Of a DNA stretch of 64,000 nucleotides, positions 62,877 through 64,000 are shown one piece after another (within the stretch, counting starts at the first letter, position 1; each line of letters opens with the position of its first letter). The DNA is from an uncultured delta proteobacterium (GTDB lineage: Bacteria > Desulfobacterota > Desulfobacteria > Desulfobacterales > B30-G6): positions 1,728,001 through 1,792,000 of the forward strand of contig CAWGLD010000001.1 in NCBI GenBank assembly GCA_963823335.1. The letters run 5' to 3'. Both the position numbers and the translations under genes were made by a program. The notes under the pieces were generated by a model. It saw only the letters and a program-made list of their open reading frames with translations, did no database searches and was not told the origin of the DNA.

Positions 62877-64000
62877 TCGCATAACTCAAACAACGCGGCA
62901 GCACCCATACCCCCGCCGATACACATGGATTCCACACCGTAGCGGGCACCTTTTTTACGCATATTGGTCAAAAGGGTCGCGCATAGTTTGGCACCGGTAC
63001 ATCCCAGGGGGTGACCCAGGGCGATGGCCCCCCCATGAATATTCACCTTGTCCATGTCGATACCGAGTTCCCGGGTGCAGTAGATAGCCTGGGAGGCGAA
63101 GGCCTCGTTGATTTCAAAAAGTCCTATGTCGCTTATTTCCAACCCAGCCAGTTTGAGCAGCTTGGGAATGGCCACCAGGGGGCCGACGCCCATCTCGTCC
63201 GGGTGACAGCCTGCGGTCGCATAGCAGAGAAATTTTGCCACCGGTTTCAGACCTAGCTCCTGGATTTTTTCCTGGCTCGCCAGAATAGTGGCTGCAGCCC
63301 CGTCTGTCATCTGCGACGAGTTGCCGGCCGTTACAGAGCCGTCAGCAGAAAAAGCAGGTCTCAATTTTGCAAGGCCCTCGGCTGTAGTGGAATCCCGAAT
63401 GCCGTCATCATGATCCTGGATAAAGGTTTCCTTGCGAAACGTGCCGTTTTTTTCCTGGACGAAGCGCGCGGCCGGGGTCGGCACGATTTCCGTAAACCAC
63501 TTGTTTGCCCGCGCTGCGGCAGCCTTCTGCTGGGAGAGGGCCGCAAATTCATCCTGCTGCTTCCTGGTGACATTGTATCGCTTGGCCACATTCTCGGCCG
63601 TCAGCCCCATGGAAATATATAGCTCTGACTGTGTTTTGGCGAATGTCGGGTGTGGCCGCGGTATGGATCCGCCCATGGGGACATAGGTCATGGACTCGAC
63701 ACCCCCGCCAATGGTCACATCCGCCCATCCCGCCTGTACTTTCAACGCGGCCAGGGCAATGGCTTCCAGACCGGATGAACAGAACCGGTTCACTGTGGCA
63801 CCGGTCACCTCGTTGGGAAAACCTGCCATCTGGGATGCAAGACGGCCGATATTGAGCCCCTGCTCCGCCTCCGGAAAAGAGCATCCGATCATGATGTCGT
63901 CAACATCCTTTTTCTCGAGGTTTTCTGTTTTGTCGACAGCGGCAGCCAGAATAAAGGAGAGAAGATCATCGGGTCTCGTGTCCTTGAAGGCGCCTTTGTT
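62873..64000 (-). CDS. Thiolase (acetyl-CoA acyltransferase), 5' end outside window
   Basis: NRFCSSG, NEAF, GAIALGHPLG, CIGGGMG. Confidence 0.95.
   Translation of the reverse strand, partial: NKGAFKDTRPDDLLSFILAAAVDKTENLEKKDVDDIMIGCSFPEAEQGLNIGRLASQMAGFPNEVTGATVNRFCSSGLEAIALAALKVQAGWADVTIGGGVESMTYVPMGGSIPRPHPTFAKTQSELYISMGLTAENVAKRYNVTRKQQDEFAALSQQKAAAARANKWFTEIVPTPAARFVQEKNGTFRKETFIQDHDDGIRDSTTAEGLAKLRPAFSADGSVTAGNSSQMTDGAAATILASQEKIQELGLKPVAKFLCYATAGCHPDEMGVGPLVAIPKLLKLAGLEISDIGLFEINEAFASQAIYCTRELGIDMDKVNIHGGAIALGHPLGCTGAKLCATLLTNMRKKGARYGVESMCIGGGMGAAALFELCE

Overview
64 kb of a bacterial chromosome. Gene content (hcp, tungsten-type AOR, korDABC, selB, yedF) suggests an anaerobic Desulfobacterota-type organism, which is an inference. 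Housekeeping blocks (eno, pyrG, rho-like, selB, hemW, kor, mltG, nagZ, tsaD, purM, hom, thrH, aor, thiolase; tRNA-Arg/His/fMet) alternate with two AT-rich accessory regions. One lies at ~9.0-13.3 kb beside a duplicated tRNA-Arg 3' end and an integrase remnant; the other at ~33.2-50.6 kb after tRNA-fMet. The most striking signal is a family of >12 non-coding spacers, bounded by directly repeated TGGAG cores (ATGGAGA...TATCA on one side, ...GTTGGAG on the other). They cut both accessory regions into 1-2-gene modules, like an integron cassette array but without attC structure. Also missed by the ORF track: two probable selenoproteins with UGA plus SECIS-like hairpins (lipoprotein MsrA, small BFD/CopZ-N-like protein) and two Arg-rich ERR/DRR microproteins. 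One microprotein heads a Ser/Thr kinase plus degenerate-GGDEF module. Further observations are a frameshifted korB, an orphan cobalamin-riboswitch 3' half, a cytochrome P460/cytochrome c chimera and several small repeat/MITE families. All calls come from reading the sequence; no database searches were run.
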